Source of the DNA: Obrimoposthia wandeli
Lineage: Eukaryota
Assembly: GCA_977020255.1 (NCBI GenBank)
Contig: CDROCS010005369.1
Location: forward strand, 1 to 64,000
Direction of reading: 5' to 3'
DNA length: 64,000 bases
Below, piece after piece: positions 22,793-33,960 of this stretch. The notes below the pieces were generated by a model. That model worked only from the letters and a program-made list of their open reading frames with translations. It was not told the origin of the DNA and made no database searches. The translations under genes were made by a program, and so were the position numbers. Within the stretch, counting starts at the first letter, position 1; each line of letters starts with the position of its first letter.

Positions 22793-23635
22793 ATGTGCTC
22801 ATTTAAATTACGGTTATTGTTTATCACCTTGTTTAGCGCGAATTTATGGCTCTCCACATTTACCTATGCCGAAGAAAAAGTTTACATAGTGGGTGTGGTG
22901 CCGCAGTTTGAAGCACGGAAGTTAACTGCTATCTGGATACCGATACTTGAACAGCTAACCGTTGTAACCAGCCTCAAGTTTAAGTTGGAAGGCGCGCCTA
23001 ATATAAATGAGTTTGAGAAAAAGTTTATGGCAGGGGCTTATGATTTTGTCTACATGAACCCCTACCATTTTGTATTGGGCAATCAACTGCAGGGTTATAT
23101 TCCCTTAGTCAAAGATGGTTCAAAAAAATTACAAGGCGTATTGGTCGTTCAAAAAGACAGCCCAATAGAAAATGTAGCACAGCTCAACGGCGCTAAAATC
23201 GCATTCCCTTCGCCCAATGCCCTCGGCGCATCATTACAAATGCGCCAAGAACTACATGATATTTTTAATATCCAGATCACCCCTGTGTATGTAAATACCC
23301 ATGGTTCTGTCTATCTCAATGTACTCCTGGGTGATACTCAAGCCGGTGGTGGGGTCGGTAAAACCCTGAAAAAACAAAAAGCAGAATATCAACAAGCCTT
23401 AAGAGTAATACATAAAACGATCCCTGTATCATCACACCCGATCGCAGCGCATCCTCGCGTACCCAACGCTGATATTGAAAAAGTAACCGCCGCATTACTC
23501 AACATGGGCACAACGGCTGCCACCTCAGCATTGCTGCAGGGCATTCCGATTCAGCAAATCAGCATCGCTACATTTGCAGATTACGAACCGTTGAAAAATA
23601 TGAACCTGGAAAGATTTTATATCCAACCAGAGTAA
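22793..23635 (+). CDS. PhnD-like periplasmic substrate-binding protein
   Basis: Signal peptide; [36 protein letters not shown]; no ABC permease nearby. Confidence 0.8.
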   Translation: MCSFKLRLLFITLFSANLWLSTFTYAEEKVYIVGVVPQFEARKLTAIWIPILEQLTVVTSLKFKLEGAPNINEFEKKFMAGAYDFVYMNPYHFVLGNQLQGYIPLVKDGSKKLQGVLVVQKDSPIENVAQLNGAKIAFPSPNALGASLQMRQELHDIFNIQITPVYVNTHGSVYLNVLLGDTQAGGGVGKTLKKQKAEYQQALRVIHKTIPVSSHPIAAHPRVPNADIEKVTAALLNMGTTAATSALLQGIPIQQISIATFADYEPLKNMNLERFYIQPE

Positions 23636-23643
23636 GGAACCAG

Positions 23644-25617
23644 ATGAGCATTAAATTCAAATTAATGGTGCCTGTCCTTGTTGGTTTTGTTGTTTTCACG
23701 AGTGTGATTCAGTGGTATTGGGCGCCGAAATTATTTAATTATGCGCAGGCTGATTTTAGAGAACAAATGAAAAATGAAATAAGATCCATCGAAAACGATG
23801 TGATTAGACATTTAATCGCGAGTGACTTTTCAGCACTCTTTTCATCATTGGATTATCAAAAAAAGTTACATCAGCAAAATTGGGCGCATCTGACATTATA
23901 CGACGCCGATAAAAAACAGAAGTACCCGCTGTTTTCAAAAAATAAAGCAATACTGGCAAAACAGCACGCCAACCATATCCACATTAATTATCCATTGGTG
24001 AATGAAAATATAACCATAGGTTATCTTGCCTTGCACATCGATTGGACCGAAAAATACGAATTTACCGAGCAACGGTTTTTTGAGCTAAAAATATTTTTAA
24101 TCATAATGATGTTGTTAATTATCTGCATTGAATTGTTTATGCAAAACCGATTAGTACAAGTACCGATATTAAAACTAAAATTGGCGACCAAAGAATTGGC
24201 CAACGGTAATTTTAACATTAGCTTACCGCCAGTCTCGAAAGACGAAATCGGTCAGTTAACCGAAAATTTTAATATCATGCGCAATAATATTCTAAATAGC
24301 CAAGAGTCGCTATTAGTCAGTAAAAATGAAGCCATGCAATCGGCGAAGCTAGCCGGTCATGAAAAAAACCGTGCTAATATCATGGCAAAAAAAATCAGCG
24401 ATATGAATAAAGAATTACGGGAAAATATAGCCACAACTAAAACGTTGGCAAAAAAAGCCGAGGAATCTAACTGTGCCAAAAGTGAGTTTCTCGCCAACAT
24501 GAGCCATGAGATCCGCACACCAATAAATGGCGTTATCGGGATGATAGGTTTATTGTTAGATACACAACTCGAAGATGAACAGCGGCATTATGCACAGGTC
24601 GCTCGCGCCAGCGGTGAATCATTACTGAGTTTGATTAACGATATCCTCGATTTTTCAAAAATTGAAGCGGGTCAGCTTGACCTTGAAGTCATCGATTTTG
24701 ATTTGCACACCTTGCTTAACGATTTAACCGTCATGCACTCACTGCAGGTTAAAACGAAAGGTCTTGGATTTAACTGCCGACTCTCAACTGAAGTGCCGAC
24801 ATTTATCCAAGGCGATCCAGGGCGCTTACGCCAGGTATTAACCAATCTGTTAGGCAATGCGATTAAGTTTACCGCACAGGGTGAAATCACAATTTCGACA
24901 AGCGTATTATCAGAAAATGATCATGATACGGTTATCCATTTTTCGATAAAAGATACCGGTATTGGAATACCCGCCGATCGACAAGCACTGCTGTTTGATA
25001 AATTTACCCAAGTAGACTCGTCCACCACCCGTCAATATGGCGGCACAGGTTTAGGACTTTCTATATCGAAGCAATTATCCGCATTGATGGGCGGCGAAAT
25101 AGGCATTAACAGTGAAAAAGGAAAAGGTTCGGAGTTCTGGTTTACCGCGCGATTTACCAAACCGTCAGCGCCAAGTAAAATAGTGGGCACACCCGAACCT
25201 AAAAATTCGATACCACGAATCAAGCGTGAAAATGTCCGTATTCTGCTTGCCGAAGATAGTCTTACCAACCAGTTAGTCGCGATGGGTATTCTTAAAAAAT
25301 TAGGCTATTTCGCCGATGTCGTCGCAAACGGTAAAGACGCTGTGCACGCGCTTGAAAGTACGCCTTACGACTTGGTGTTTATGGATTGCCAGATGCCGAT
25401 AATGGATGGCTACGAAGCGGCAACCCTAATCCGTAATTTTCAATCAACGCAGATTAACCATCAGGTTCCCATTATCGCCATGACCGCTAATGCCATGCTG
25501 GGCGATCGAGAAAAATGCCTTGCTGCGGGGATGGATGATTATGTCACCAAACCGATTTCACCGGATACACTAAATAAAGCGCTTACGACATGGTTGCCGC
25601 GCGATAATGTCGGTTAA
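23644..25617 (+). CDS. Hybrid sensor histidine kinase (HAMP-HisKA-HATPase-REC)
   Basis: [52 protein letters not shown]. Confidence 0.95.
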   Translation: MSIKFKLMVPVLVGFVVFTSVIQWYWAPKLFNYAQADFREQMKNEIRSIENDVIRHLIASDFSALFSSLDYQKKLHQQNWAHLTLYDADKKQKYPLFSKNKAILAKQHANHIHINYPLVNENITIGYLALHIDWTEKYEFTEQRFFELKIFLIIMMLLIICIELFMQNRLVQVPILKLKLATKELANGNFNISLPPVSKDEIGQLTENFNIMRNNILNSQESLLVSKNEAMQSAKLAGHEKNRANIMAKKISDMNKELRENIATTKTLAKKAEESNCAKSEFLANMSHEIRTPINGVIGMIGLLLDTQLEDEQRHYAQVARASGESLLSLINDILDFSKIEAGQLDLEVIDFDLHTLLNDLTVMHSLQVKTKGLGFNCRLSTEVPTFIQGDPGRLRQVLTNLLGNAIKFTAQGEITISTSVLSENDHDTVIHFSIKDTGIGIPADRQALLFDKFTQVDSSTTRQYGGTGLGLSISKQLSALMGGEIGINSEKGKGSEFWFTARFTKPSAPSKIVGTPEPKNSIPRIKRENVRILLAEDSLTNQLVAMGILKKLGYFADVVANGKDAVHALESTPYDLVFMDCQMPIMDGYEAATLIRNFQSTQINHQVPIIAMTANAMLGDREKCLAAGMDDYVTKPISPDTLNKALTTWLPRDNVG

Positions 25618-25780
25618 AAGGGGGTATCACCATTAACACAACCAAATTTAATAGCATGTAGGACAATCAATAGATTAATTAGTAGCTTACACCCACCATT
25701 AAAATAGCAAATAAGAGGTATTAATTGAAATAATCCAGTAATGCATGTACTGTCGAAAAAATTTAAATCTAACCAAATGA

Positions 25781-26506
25781 ATGGCCCACAAGATGTTACG
25801 AGCAATGATAGTCGAGGATGAATATTTAGCTAAGGAAGAGCTAATGTACCTGATTAATGCGTATAGCCAGATTGAAATAGTCGCTACCTTTGATGACGGC
25901 CTAGAGGCATTTGAATACTTGCAACATAATCAAGTAGACATCGTCTTTCTCGACATTCAAATACCCTCGATTAACGGTATGTTATTAGCACGTAATATTT
26001 ACCAATTTGCGAAGAAACCGCACATTGTGTTTACCACTGCACATAAAAAATATGCGATTGATGCGTTTGATCTAGAAGCCTTCGATTACCTATTAAAACC
26101 ATTTAGTGAAGAAAGAATGATCCGGTTGTTAAAAAAACTGGAAGCCAGTCACCCGTCCGAAGAGATGGAGCAAACCCGAAAAACGATTAATGTCCATAGT
26201 GGCAATAGCATCAAGATTATTGACATCAGCAGCATCAACTATGCCATTGCTAATGATAAAACCACGCAATTATATACTACCACTGGCGATTTTTGGGTGC
26301 CTTTGACCATGAGTGAATTAGTTGAGCGTTTACCTGAAAAAGACTTCTTTCGCACGCATAGATCTTATTGTGTTGCCCTTGAGAAGATCACCGAAATCAT
26401 TCCCTGGCTCAACAGCACTTACATCGTCAAACTCATCGACAGTGACGAACGGATCCCAGTCAGTCGCACCAACATCAAAACATTTAGGAAGCTAATGAAA
26501 TTGTAA
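25781..26506 (+). CDS. ypdB: LytTR response regulator, YpdB-like
   Basis: IVEDEYLAKEEL, FLDIQIP, FRTHRSYCV, IPVSR. Confidence 0.75.
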   Translation: MAHKMLRAMIVEDEYLAKEELMYLINAYSQIEIVATFDDGLEAFEYLQHNQVDIVFLDIQIPSINGMLLARNIYQFAKKPHIVFTTAHKKYAIDAFDLEAFDYLLKPFSEERMIRLLKKLEASHPSEEMEQTRKTINVHSGNSIKIIDISSINYAIANDKTTQLYTTTGDFWVPLTMSELVERLPEKDFFRTHRSYCVALEKITEIIPWLNSTYIVKLIDSDERIPVSRTNIKTFRKLMKL

Positions 26507-26661
26507 TTCACGCGCTGACAATGCAATCCACGCACTAGCATTGCGACTCATTTTAAAGTTATTCCAACCCCTTGTTATCGATCCTTAGCAAGGTATCTTG
26601 ACGTTAAACCAAAGGCATTTAGCCATTTTATTTATCGTTTTATTTGTTGGAGACTTTACGC

Positions 26662-27859
26662 ATGGGTACTCAGATATCAAACCGAAAACGCACCTTAACC
26701 ATGTTAGGTACTATTATTGCACAGTTTGCTTTAGGCTCTGTTTATACATGGAGCCTGTTCAATGCTTTGCTTGCCGATAAGCTATCCGAGCCAGTCAATA
26801 ATGTTGCGCTCTCATTTGGTGTATTAAGTTTGGCGTTAGCAGTCGCTTCCTCACTTGCTGGTAAACTACAAGAAAGATTCAGTGTACGTCAAATTACGAT
26901 TAGTGCCGGTATACTGTTAGGGATTAGCTTGCTATTAACCGCTCAAGTTTCTAATATTTTCTACCTCTATATCTGTGCAGGCTTCTTACTCGGCTTTGCT
27001 GATGGCACTGGCTATTTATTAACACTCTCTAATTGCGTTAAGTTCTTTCCCAATCATAAAGGCCTCGTATCAGCATGCTCGATTGGTGCATATGGTCTTG
27101 GCAGCTTAGGCTTTAAATATATTAATATGTACTTGCTGGATAATTATGGCTTAGAAGGATCTTTCGTTATGTGGGGAAGTATCGCCATGGTGATGGTTAT
27201 CGTTGGTGGCATGATGATGCATGATGCACCGAAGTTAGCACTGAGCCCAGACCAAGCACAAAACACAGCAAGAAACTTCAGCCTCGCTGAAACCATCAAA
27301 ACCAGTCAATTTTGGATGCTTGCACTGGTATTCCTGACTGTTTGCATGAGTGGTTTGTATGTCATTGGTGTGGCGAAAGACATTGCCGAAAACTATGCGC
27401 ATTTATCAATTTCAGCGGCAACATCAACCATTGCCCTCGTCGCCATCGCTAACTTAAGTGGTCGTCTCGTGCTAGGCATATTATCGGACCGTATTGCGCG
27501 TATTAACGTGATCACCATCGCGCTCACTATTTGCTTAATCGGTGTTAGTTTACTGCTCTTCTTCCCACTTGATGATGTTAGCTTCTATGCCTCTATCGCC
27601 TGTGTTGTCTTTGCCTTTGGCGGTACTATTACAGTATTCCCATCGCTAGTAAGTGACTTCTTTGGTTTAGATAATCTGACTAAAAACTATGGCCTAATGT
27701 ACCTGAACTTTGGTATTGGTGGTCTGCTTGGATCCGTTGTAGCCTCCATGTTTGGTGGGTTCAGTGCCACTTTTTATCTGATGTTAACCATGATCGTCAT
27801 CTCAATTTTGATCACATTTATCATCAAGTTCCCAACCAAAGAATCCGTAGCAATGTTCG

Positions 27860-27904
<45 letters not shown>

Positions 27905-27921
27905 TGCCTTGTCCTGCATAG
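26662..27921 (+). CDS. yhjX: OFA family MFS transporter, YhjX-like
   Basis: RTLTMLGTIIAQFALGSVYTWSLFN, GLDNLTKNYG; poly-Asn C-tail. Confidence 0.85.
27862..27903 (+). repeat. (AAC)14 trinucleotide microsatellite encoding poly-Asn
   Basis: 14 perfect in-frame AAC units, counted directly. Confidence 0.98.
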
Positions 27922-28111
27922 GGTTTACCAGAGTATGTAATACAAGACTAAATGGGGCTAACTACCCCATTTTTCTTTGAAAGCGTTTAATCTATTTAAT
28001 CAAAACTAAGTAATTGAAATAACTTAATTAATATCATTTAATCTGGAAATAACGTTAAAATAGCAAATATATCTCTTCTTTTCATTATCTGCAGAATTCA
28101 CACAGGTTTAT

Positions 28112-29755
28112 ATGCTCACAGAACAACTCATGATGTTACTCGGGGTAACCGAACAGGCCGCCTTTATGTTAATGATGCTATTTTGGCTGACTCACTCGCG
28201 GTTATTTCAAAACATCATAAAAAACCCGAAGCGTAAACCGATTGAAAACCTGATCATCTCAGTATTGTTTATTTCATTTGGCGTATTCAGCACTTATACC
28301 GGTTTGAATATTGAAGGCGCTATACTCAACGCCCGCATCATCGCGGTCCTCGCAGGGGGGATATTATTTGGACCTTGGGTTGGCATCTCTAACGGTCTGA
28401 TTTCTGGCTTACACCGATATCTTATCGACGTCGGCGGTCCAACATCACTCGCTTGTCTGATTACCAGCGTTAGCGCGGGGATTTTTGCTAGTTGGATCCA
28501 CTTTAAATATCAACCCAATCAATATGCCAAACTGGGGATTATTGCAGGTGTGTTGAGCGAAGGATTTACGATGGTACTGATCGTACTGCTCGCCGATGAT
28601 ACGCAACAAGCAATCGAGATAGTGACGTTGATTGGCTTACCTATGATTACCTGCTCTGTGTGTGTCGGGCTTATCATTAAACTCGTTGTCGATCTCGACG
28701 AAGAAAAAAGCAATGTCGCCGCGACTCAAGCTAAGCTAGCGCTCGATATTGCCAATAAAACACTCCCCCACTTTCGCAGTCGAGCCCCTGACTCGCTAAA
28801 TTCCGTCTGCAATATAATCCAACAAGAAACCCATGCAGATGCGGTTGCGATTACCGATACCAGTAGCCTCATTGCGTCGGTCGGCATACATCAACATAAT
28901 CGAGTTGGTTCTTCGTTAGCCATTAGTGGCATGACCAAAAAAGCAGTTGAAACAGGGCAACTCATCGTCAATAATAATTTGGAGAATCATGGCTTCAAAT
29001 CTCTCATTCTGATCCCGTTATGGGAAAACGGGATCGTGACTGGCACATTAAAAATTTTCTATCATCAGCCAAATCAAATTCATCCTGCATTAAAAGAAAT
29101 GGCCATCGGTCTATCACAACTGATGTCAACGCAGATGGAAGTATCGAAAATAGAAGAATTAAGAGCCATGACAAAAAAAGCTGAATTTTCGGCGCTACAA
29201 AGCAAGATTAACCCGCACTTTCTATTTAATGCACTCAATGCAATTTCATCATTAATCCGAATAGACCCGAGTAAAGCCAGGCTGCTCATCATCAATTTAG
29301 CTAATTTTTTACGCTACAACCTTGAGCAAGACGTTGATTTTATAGATATTCAAGATGAGTTAGCGCAAGTCAAAAACTATGTCGCTATCGAAAAAGCCAG
29401 ATTTGCCAATAAACTCGCGGTCGAATTTGATATCGATGAGGTCAATTGTAAGATCCCTTACTTGCTTATTCAGCCTTTGGTTGAGAACGCTATTTTACAT
29501 GGCATACAACCGTCATCGTCAGGGGGGAAGGTGACCGTTTCAGTCAAAAAACAGCCTCAAGGTTATCATGTTCACATTAAAGATACGGGGGTGGGGATGA
29601 AACAAAGCGTGATTGACCGACTCTATGCCGGTAGCTTAGATGCGCACAGTATCGGCTTGAATAATGTCCATCAAAGACTGATTTTATTATACGGTAATGG
29701 CTTGCATATCGAGTCCTCAGAAAAAGGCACCGATATATCTTTTCATATCGCCTAA
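28112..29755 (+). CDS. ypdA: LytS family sensor kinase, YpdA-like
   Basis: 5TM-LytS region NARIIAVLAGGILFGP, LQSKINPHFLFNALN, QPLVENAILHG. Confidence 0.8.
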   Translation: MLTEQLMMLLGVTEQAAFMLMMLFWLTHSRLFQNIIKNPKRKPIENLIISVLFISFGVFSTYTGLNIEGAILNARIIAVLAGGILFGPWVGISNGLISGLHRYLIDVGGPTSLACLITSVSAGIFASWIHFKYQPNQYAKLGIIAGVLSEGFTMVLIVLLADDTQQAIEIVTLIGLPMITCSVCVGLIIKLVVDLDEEKSNVAATQAKLALDIANKTLPHFRSRAPDSLNSVCNIIQQETHADAVAITDTSSLIASVGIHQHNRVGSSLAISGMTKKAVETGQLIVNNNLENHGFKSLILIPLWENGIVTGTLKIFYHQPNQIHPALKEMAIGLSQLMSTQMEVSKIEELRAMTKKAEFSALQSKINPHFLFNALNAISSLIRIDPSKARLLIINLANFLRYNLEQDVDFIDIQDELAQVKNYVAIEKARFANKLAVEFDIDEVNCKIPYLLIQPLVENAILHGIQPSSSGGKVTVSVKKQPQGYHVHIKDTGVGMKQSVIDRLYAGSLDAHSIGLNNVHQRLILLYGNGLHIESSEKGTDISFHIA

Positions 29756-29943
29756 AAAAATACTTAGCTGTATTCATGGTTAGGTATTTTTTGTATCCAA
29801 GTTGCAAGCTTGTCACAATGTTTTAATATCGACTTACTATATATTTTATTATACTCTGCTCAAACAGTTAATCACGTCAACAAACCTAAATTAGCTTTCA
29901 TTTTAACGAATACCAACTCAATGTAGCATCAGGCAGAATATAA

Positions 29944-30438
29944 ATGATCAAACCATATCGTTATCAGCAAGGTTTTACGCTCATAGAGTTAGTTGTGGTT
30001 ATTATTGTTTTAGGGATTTTGGCGGCAACGGTAATACCTAAATTTATCAATATACAAAACGATGCAAAAATGGAATCGTTGCGAACAGTCAAAGCCGCAA
30101 TGCAAGGTGCTGTAAATCTAACTTATAGTAAATCTGTGATTAAAGGAAACGAAAAGTTAACCGCAAGGGCTAGTGTATTCGTCAATATAAATGGTAGTCC
30201 TGTATCCATAAAATACGGCACTCCACTTGCCAATTATGAAAATGATAAAGGTAGTTGGGACGATCTCATTACTTTAGATGATAATATTTTCTCGACAACG
30301 ATAGTCGGCGGGCATTTTGTGATTTTTTATAAAGGCAGTGATATACCGACGAATCTTAACGATAAATGTATGGTTCATTATAAGCAGGCAAACTTAATAA
30401 CTGACCCTCCCGTGATTGAAGTGGAAGCTTGTTTATAA
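29944..30438 (+). CDS. Type IV prepilin, MshA-like
   Basis: [27 protein letters not shown] cleavage-methylation motif; terminal Cys pair. Confidence 0.85.
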   Translation: MIKPYRYQQGFTLIELVVVIIVLGILAATVIPKFINIQNDAKMESLRTVKAAMQGAVNLTYSKSVIKGNEKLTARASVFVNINGSPVSIKYGTPLANYENDKGSWDDLITLDDNIFSTTIVGGHFVIFYKGSDIPTNLNDKCMVHYKQANLITDPPVIEVEACL

Positions 30439-30710
30439 AATCACAAAAAAATACCTAACAGCATCCACTGTTAGGCATCTTTATGATTCGGGGTTTTTGC
30501 TGCAAACAAAAATGAGTCCCCTTTACTACCTTGCTTACTATCTTGCTTACTACATGCGAGTTGTACGCGAGGTATTAGAACCAAACTTCAACTTGCATAT
30601 ATACAGTATAGTCGCTATCGCCTTTCCTTGATCCCACCATCACCGCTTTAGCGTTATCTGCGCTTTAAAAACCATGAAATCCAGAACGAATAACAACTAT
30701 TTAATTAACG

Positions 30711-33533
30711 TTAATCAACAAAATTCTCGTCGTTACATGCTTCAACCTGTCGTTGTAATACATGCTGCCCTTGAAGCATAGGGAACTCAATCGACAGTTC
30801 TGGTTTTGCAAACGATAATACCCCTATTTGCTCATCATAACTGTCTTGCACACATCTCGCCGTCACTGCAATACCATTTACGCACAAAAGCATAGTTTGA
30901 GTATTAAAATCAACAACGACCCCTGCTTCCAACACAGTTAATACGACCTGGTATTTAGCATGGTCCGCAGCCGTTAGTGTTAATTCCAGCACCGCGGTTG
31001 TTGGCTCACGATAACAAATTTGGTAACGTTGTATCGCATTCTCAGGGCGAGAAAATGTCACTTTAAGTCCGTTAGATTGACCAAATGCAACATCAGCATC
31101 AAACGTCTGCCATTGAGACGGTAAACAGGGTGACAAAGAGACTGCATTACGCATTAATTCAGGACTAAAACCTAAATAATCTTGATAACCATTACGAGTA
31201 AACTCTGACACTGACCATGCTTGAGCATAGGTACCCGTTGTCGTTATTTTTCCCTCAGGGGTAGTAAATGCATCTAAGTTCTCACTCATTGCCCCACGGT
31301 GACCAATATAAAGTATTTGTTCGCCTAATTGCTTGCTCAGTTCATAAGCAAAATCTGCATAACCATATCGAATCAAACTCGATACCGTAAAGCCAGAATT
31401 CCACCCCCAAATAGTCCCATTATGGTATGCCGCATCTTTATGATATTCATCGCGATTATCATGATAAGGATGGAAAATATCATCATGTTGTGACAATGAC
31501 GTGATCCCCCAGGGGAACAATAATTCACTCACTGCATTTTTAACTATCTGAGCGCCAATATTATCTTCAACTAATGGCTTATCAAACGGCACACTAATGG
31601 TCATTAATTGGTTTGGTCGGATCTGTAAATCACCACTGTTATCACTTCTTAATCGATCCGCGAGTAAACATTTGTCTCGGTCCCAGAACATAGATATAAA
31701 GTTAGCTTTCACTTTTTCAGCCATGAATAAGTAACGTGCGGCGCTGGTCTCATCGCCACTTAATTTGGCTAATTCCACGGCAACCGTCAGGCTGGTAAAC
31801 CATAGAGCCTGAATATCATTGGCACGATTACCACGTGATGACCAAGGTAACTTACCTTCCAATTTTGCATCCATCCAAGTATCTGGATCACGATGCGTCA
31901 TGAAACCAAACTCATCAAGGTAGTTTTTCTCGATACCGTCAATATATGTTTGGACTACAGGATAAACAGCTTGAGCGTAGGCTTTATCTCCGCTGTAACG
32001 AAGGTAATCCCAAAGTTCTCGTACCATCCACGGCGTACCATCCGTCGTGTTATAGATGATATTACTGAGACTGGTTACTCGGTTCGGAATGCGACCATAA
32101 TTGATACTTTGATCATCGCTTAATTGCATCGATGCAAAGTTATCAAGAATGGCTTTCGCATCGTTAAAATCACCATTAACCAAGGTTATACCGGGTAAAG
32201 CAATGAACGAGTCACGCCCCCAACAGTCTTTAAACCACGGTAAACCTGCCCATATCCCTTTGCCAAACTCATTTGAGACAAATACCTTCCCGGATGCTTT
32301 AGCCCACATTAATGCCCGGTTATATTCGATATCAGACGTCCATAAATAACTATTAGTCAGCATGTCGTAAGTTTGTTGAATATGTGCGGTGTAGCCATCT
32401 TGTTCTAATAAATACGTTGCTTGATCTATAGCCGCTTGTGCTGATTCTGCAAAAGCCAAATAAACAGTTAAATCAGTTTCTGCCGCTACAGTTTCAATCA
32501 TGGGTTTTACATGATTACCATTTAAATGCATGCACTCATTAAGCGCTGGGTGATCGGTAAATACAGTCTCTTTGAAACTAAACGGCTTATTAGCCGAAAT
32601 GGCAATATAACTTGGCGTATTATCTTGGCGTAATGCGGGGTCTAGCGCATAAACAATACCCTGTTCGAATTCAGTTATTGTTGATGCATTAATGGCTAAA
32701 TTTAGCTGCAGTGCAATCGCAAGTGTAGCTGGTTCAGCCGAATGTACAGATAACACGGCACCACGTTGTTGTGACAACAACATCAGTGTATCGGTACTGT
32801 TATTATCGTAAAGGTGTGTAACGCCATACGGGTAGATATTGGCAATAGGAGCAGTGGTTTTATCGTTAATCACATTATCAACAAATGATCCAAACGAACC
32901 TAAATACCAACCTTGTTTATGACGGTATTTCCCAGCGGCGACAAAACGTTGAGTAGCACCTTCATAAAAACCATCGACGTTATCACCAAATGCAAAAGCA
33001 GCGCTCTCCTCAACTCGAATAGCCAGTTTTTCAAACAGTGTATCCGCCGATATGACTGGAGCAGGCTTTGAGTTAAGTTTTTTATTTACAGTATGAATGT
33101 CAGTGAACCAAGCACTGGCTAACTCACGATTCATCTCGGCGTTAAGACTCTCGCCACCAGCAGTGATAATTAGCTGATGAGATAACGTTGAGGCGTCACT
33201 CACAGGTGTGCCCAGTACCAGTAAAGTAATGGTATATAACCCTATCTCTGGTGCAGTAAACAGCAAGTCATTACCAATTCCTCTTGCCGGTACTAATGTC
33301 TGATTATTATCCAAATAACAAGGTGTGGATTTTTGTTTATTCGCCGAAAAAGTCAGCGCGTCACTGCCTTGCTGATCTGATATTTTGAAACTATGTTGAT
33401 CCGCAGATAAACAGATAACGGCTTGATACCGACTTTTCCCCACGAAAGACATCGGCGTATCGTCACCCCAGCCATTAAAGCTGCCTTTCACGTACAGCTG
33501 CTCAACATAAGGTTCTAAAATTAAATCATCCAC
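30711..33533 (-). CDS. Amylo-alpha-1,6-glucosidase (GDE-type) with N-terminal beta-sandwich module
   Basis: WAGLPWFKDCWGRDSFIALPG, YNTTDGTPW, TWMDAK, YHNGTIWGW, AQAWSVSE; N-terminal LYVKGSFNGW. Confidence 0.88.
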   Translation of the reverse strand: MDDLILEPYVEQLYVKGSFNGWGDDTPMSFVGKSRYQAVICLSADQHSFKISDQQGSDALTFSANKQKSTPCYLDNNQTLVPARGIGNDLLFTAPEIGLYTITLLVLGTPVSDASTLSHQLIITAGGESLNAEMNRELASAWFTDIHTVNKKLNSKPAPVISADTLFEKLAIRVEESAAFAFGDNVDGFYEGATQRFVAAGKYRHKQGWYLGSFGSFVDNVINDKTTAPIANIYPYGVTHLYDNNSTDTLMLLSQQRGAVLSVHSAEPATLAIALQLNLAINASTITEFEQGIVYALDPALRQDNTPSYIAISANKPFSFKETVFTDHPALNECMHLNGNHVKPMIETVAAETDLTVYLAFAESAQAAIDQATYLLEQDGYTAHIQQTYDMLTNSYLWTSDIEYNRALMWAKASGKVFVSNEFGKGIWAGLPWFKDCWGRDSFIALPGITLVNGDFNDAKAILDNFASMQLSDDQSINYGRIPNRVTSLSNIIYNTTDGTPWMVRELWDYLRYSGDKAYAQAVYPVVQTYIDGIEKNYLDEFGFMTHRDPDTWMDAKLEGKLPWSSRGNRANDIQALWFTSLTVAVELAKLSGDETSAARYLFMAEKVKANFISMFWDRDKCLLADRLRSDNSGDLQIRPNQLMTISVPFDKPLVEDNIGAQIVKNAVSELLFPWGITSLSQHDDIFHPYHDNRDEYHKDAAYHNGTIWGWNSGFTVSSLIRYGYADFAYELSKQLGEQILYIGHRGAMSENLDAFTTPEGKITTTGTYAQAWSVSEFTRNGYQDYLGFSPELMRNAVSLSPCLPSQWQTFDADVAFGQSNGLKVTFSRPENAIQRYQICYREPTTAVLELTLTAADHAKYQVVLTVLEAGVVVDFNTQTMLLCVNGIAVTARCVQDSYDEQIGVLSFAKPELSIEFPMLQGQHVLQRQVEACNDENFVD

Positions 33534-33680
33534 AATTAATCCTTAACAACAATGCCGTTTTCTTCTCTGCTGAAGAACTGCACTCAAATATAATAAAAAC
33601 GCAGAATAAAGCTGCGCAGTGGTTTTATTACTCGTTAAATACATCATGTTTAGTCGGACATGACCGTAAAAATAGTTAAC

Positions 33681-33718
33681 TGCTATAATTAATAGGTTCT
33701 GATGATAAGACATCATCA
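33681..33718 (+). promoter_or_regulatory. Extended -10 promoter plus operator-like inverted repeat for the small ORF
   Basis: TGcTATAAT at 33681-33689; TGATGA-N7-TCATCA at 33700-33718. Confidence 0.55.
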
Positions 33719-33766
33719 AAAACAACGTCCGGTATTAACACGTCTTAAACTTCTTTAAGGAGAAGA

Positions 33767-33916
33767 ATGATGAAACTTAACGCCTTACTTATCGCTATTA
33801 GCTTATTCTTTGCCAATATTGCGATAGCGTCTGAACACTGTACTTGGTATATAGAAGACCAAGGTTGGTGCACTCCTTATTTCCCAAGCAGTATTCTTTC
33901 CCCATCGCAAGAATAA
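33767..33916 (+). CDS. 49-aa predicted secreted peptide (below the ORF-track cutoff)
   Basis: AAGGAG RBS; MMKLNALLIAISLFFANIAIA/SEHCTWYIEDQGWCTPYFPSSILSPSQE; Sec-type signal ending AIA; terminator follows. Confidence 0.75.
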   Translation: MMKLNALLIAISLFFANIAIASEHCTWYIEDQGWCTPYFPSSILSPSQE

Positions 33917-33931
33917 TCTGGTGAAAATAAT

Positions 33932-33956
33932 AAAGCCGTTGATATTCAGCGGTTTT
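33932..33956. terminator. Bidirectional terminator between the small ORF and the alpha-amylase
   Basis: AAAGCCGTTGA-tat-TCAGCGGTTTT. Confidence 0.65.
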
Positions 33957-33960
33957 ATAT

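Noticed and set aside
30523-30553. Imperfect 12-bp tandem repeat TTACTA(C/T)CTTGC x2.5
   Set aside because: Short, degenerate and intergenic, with no further copies
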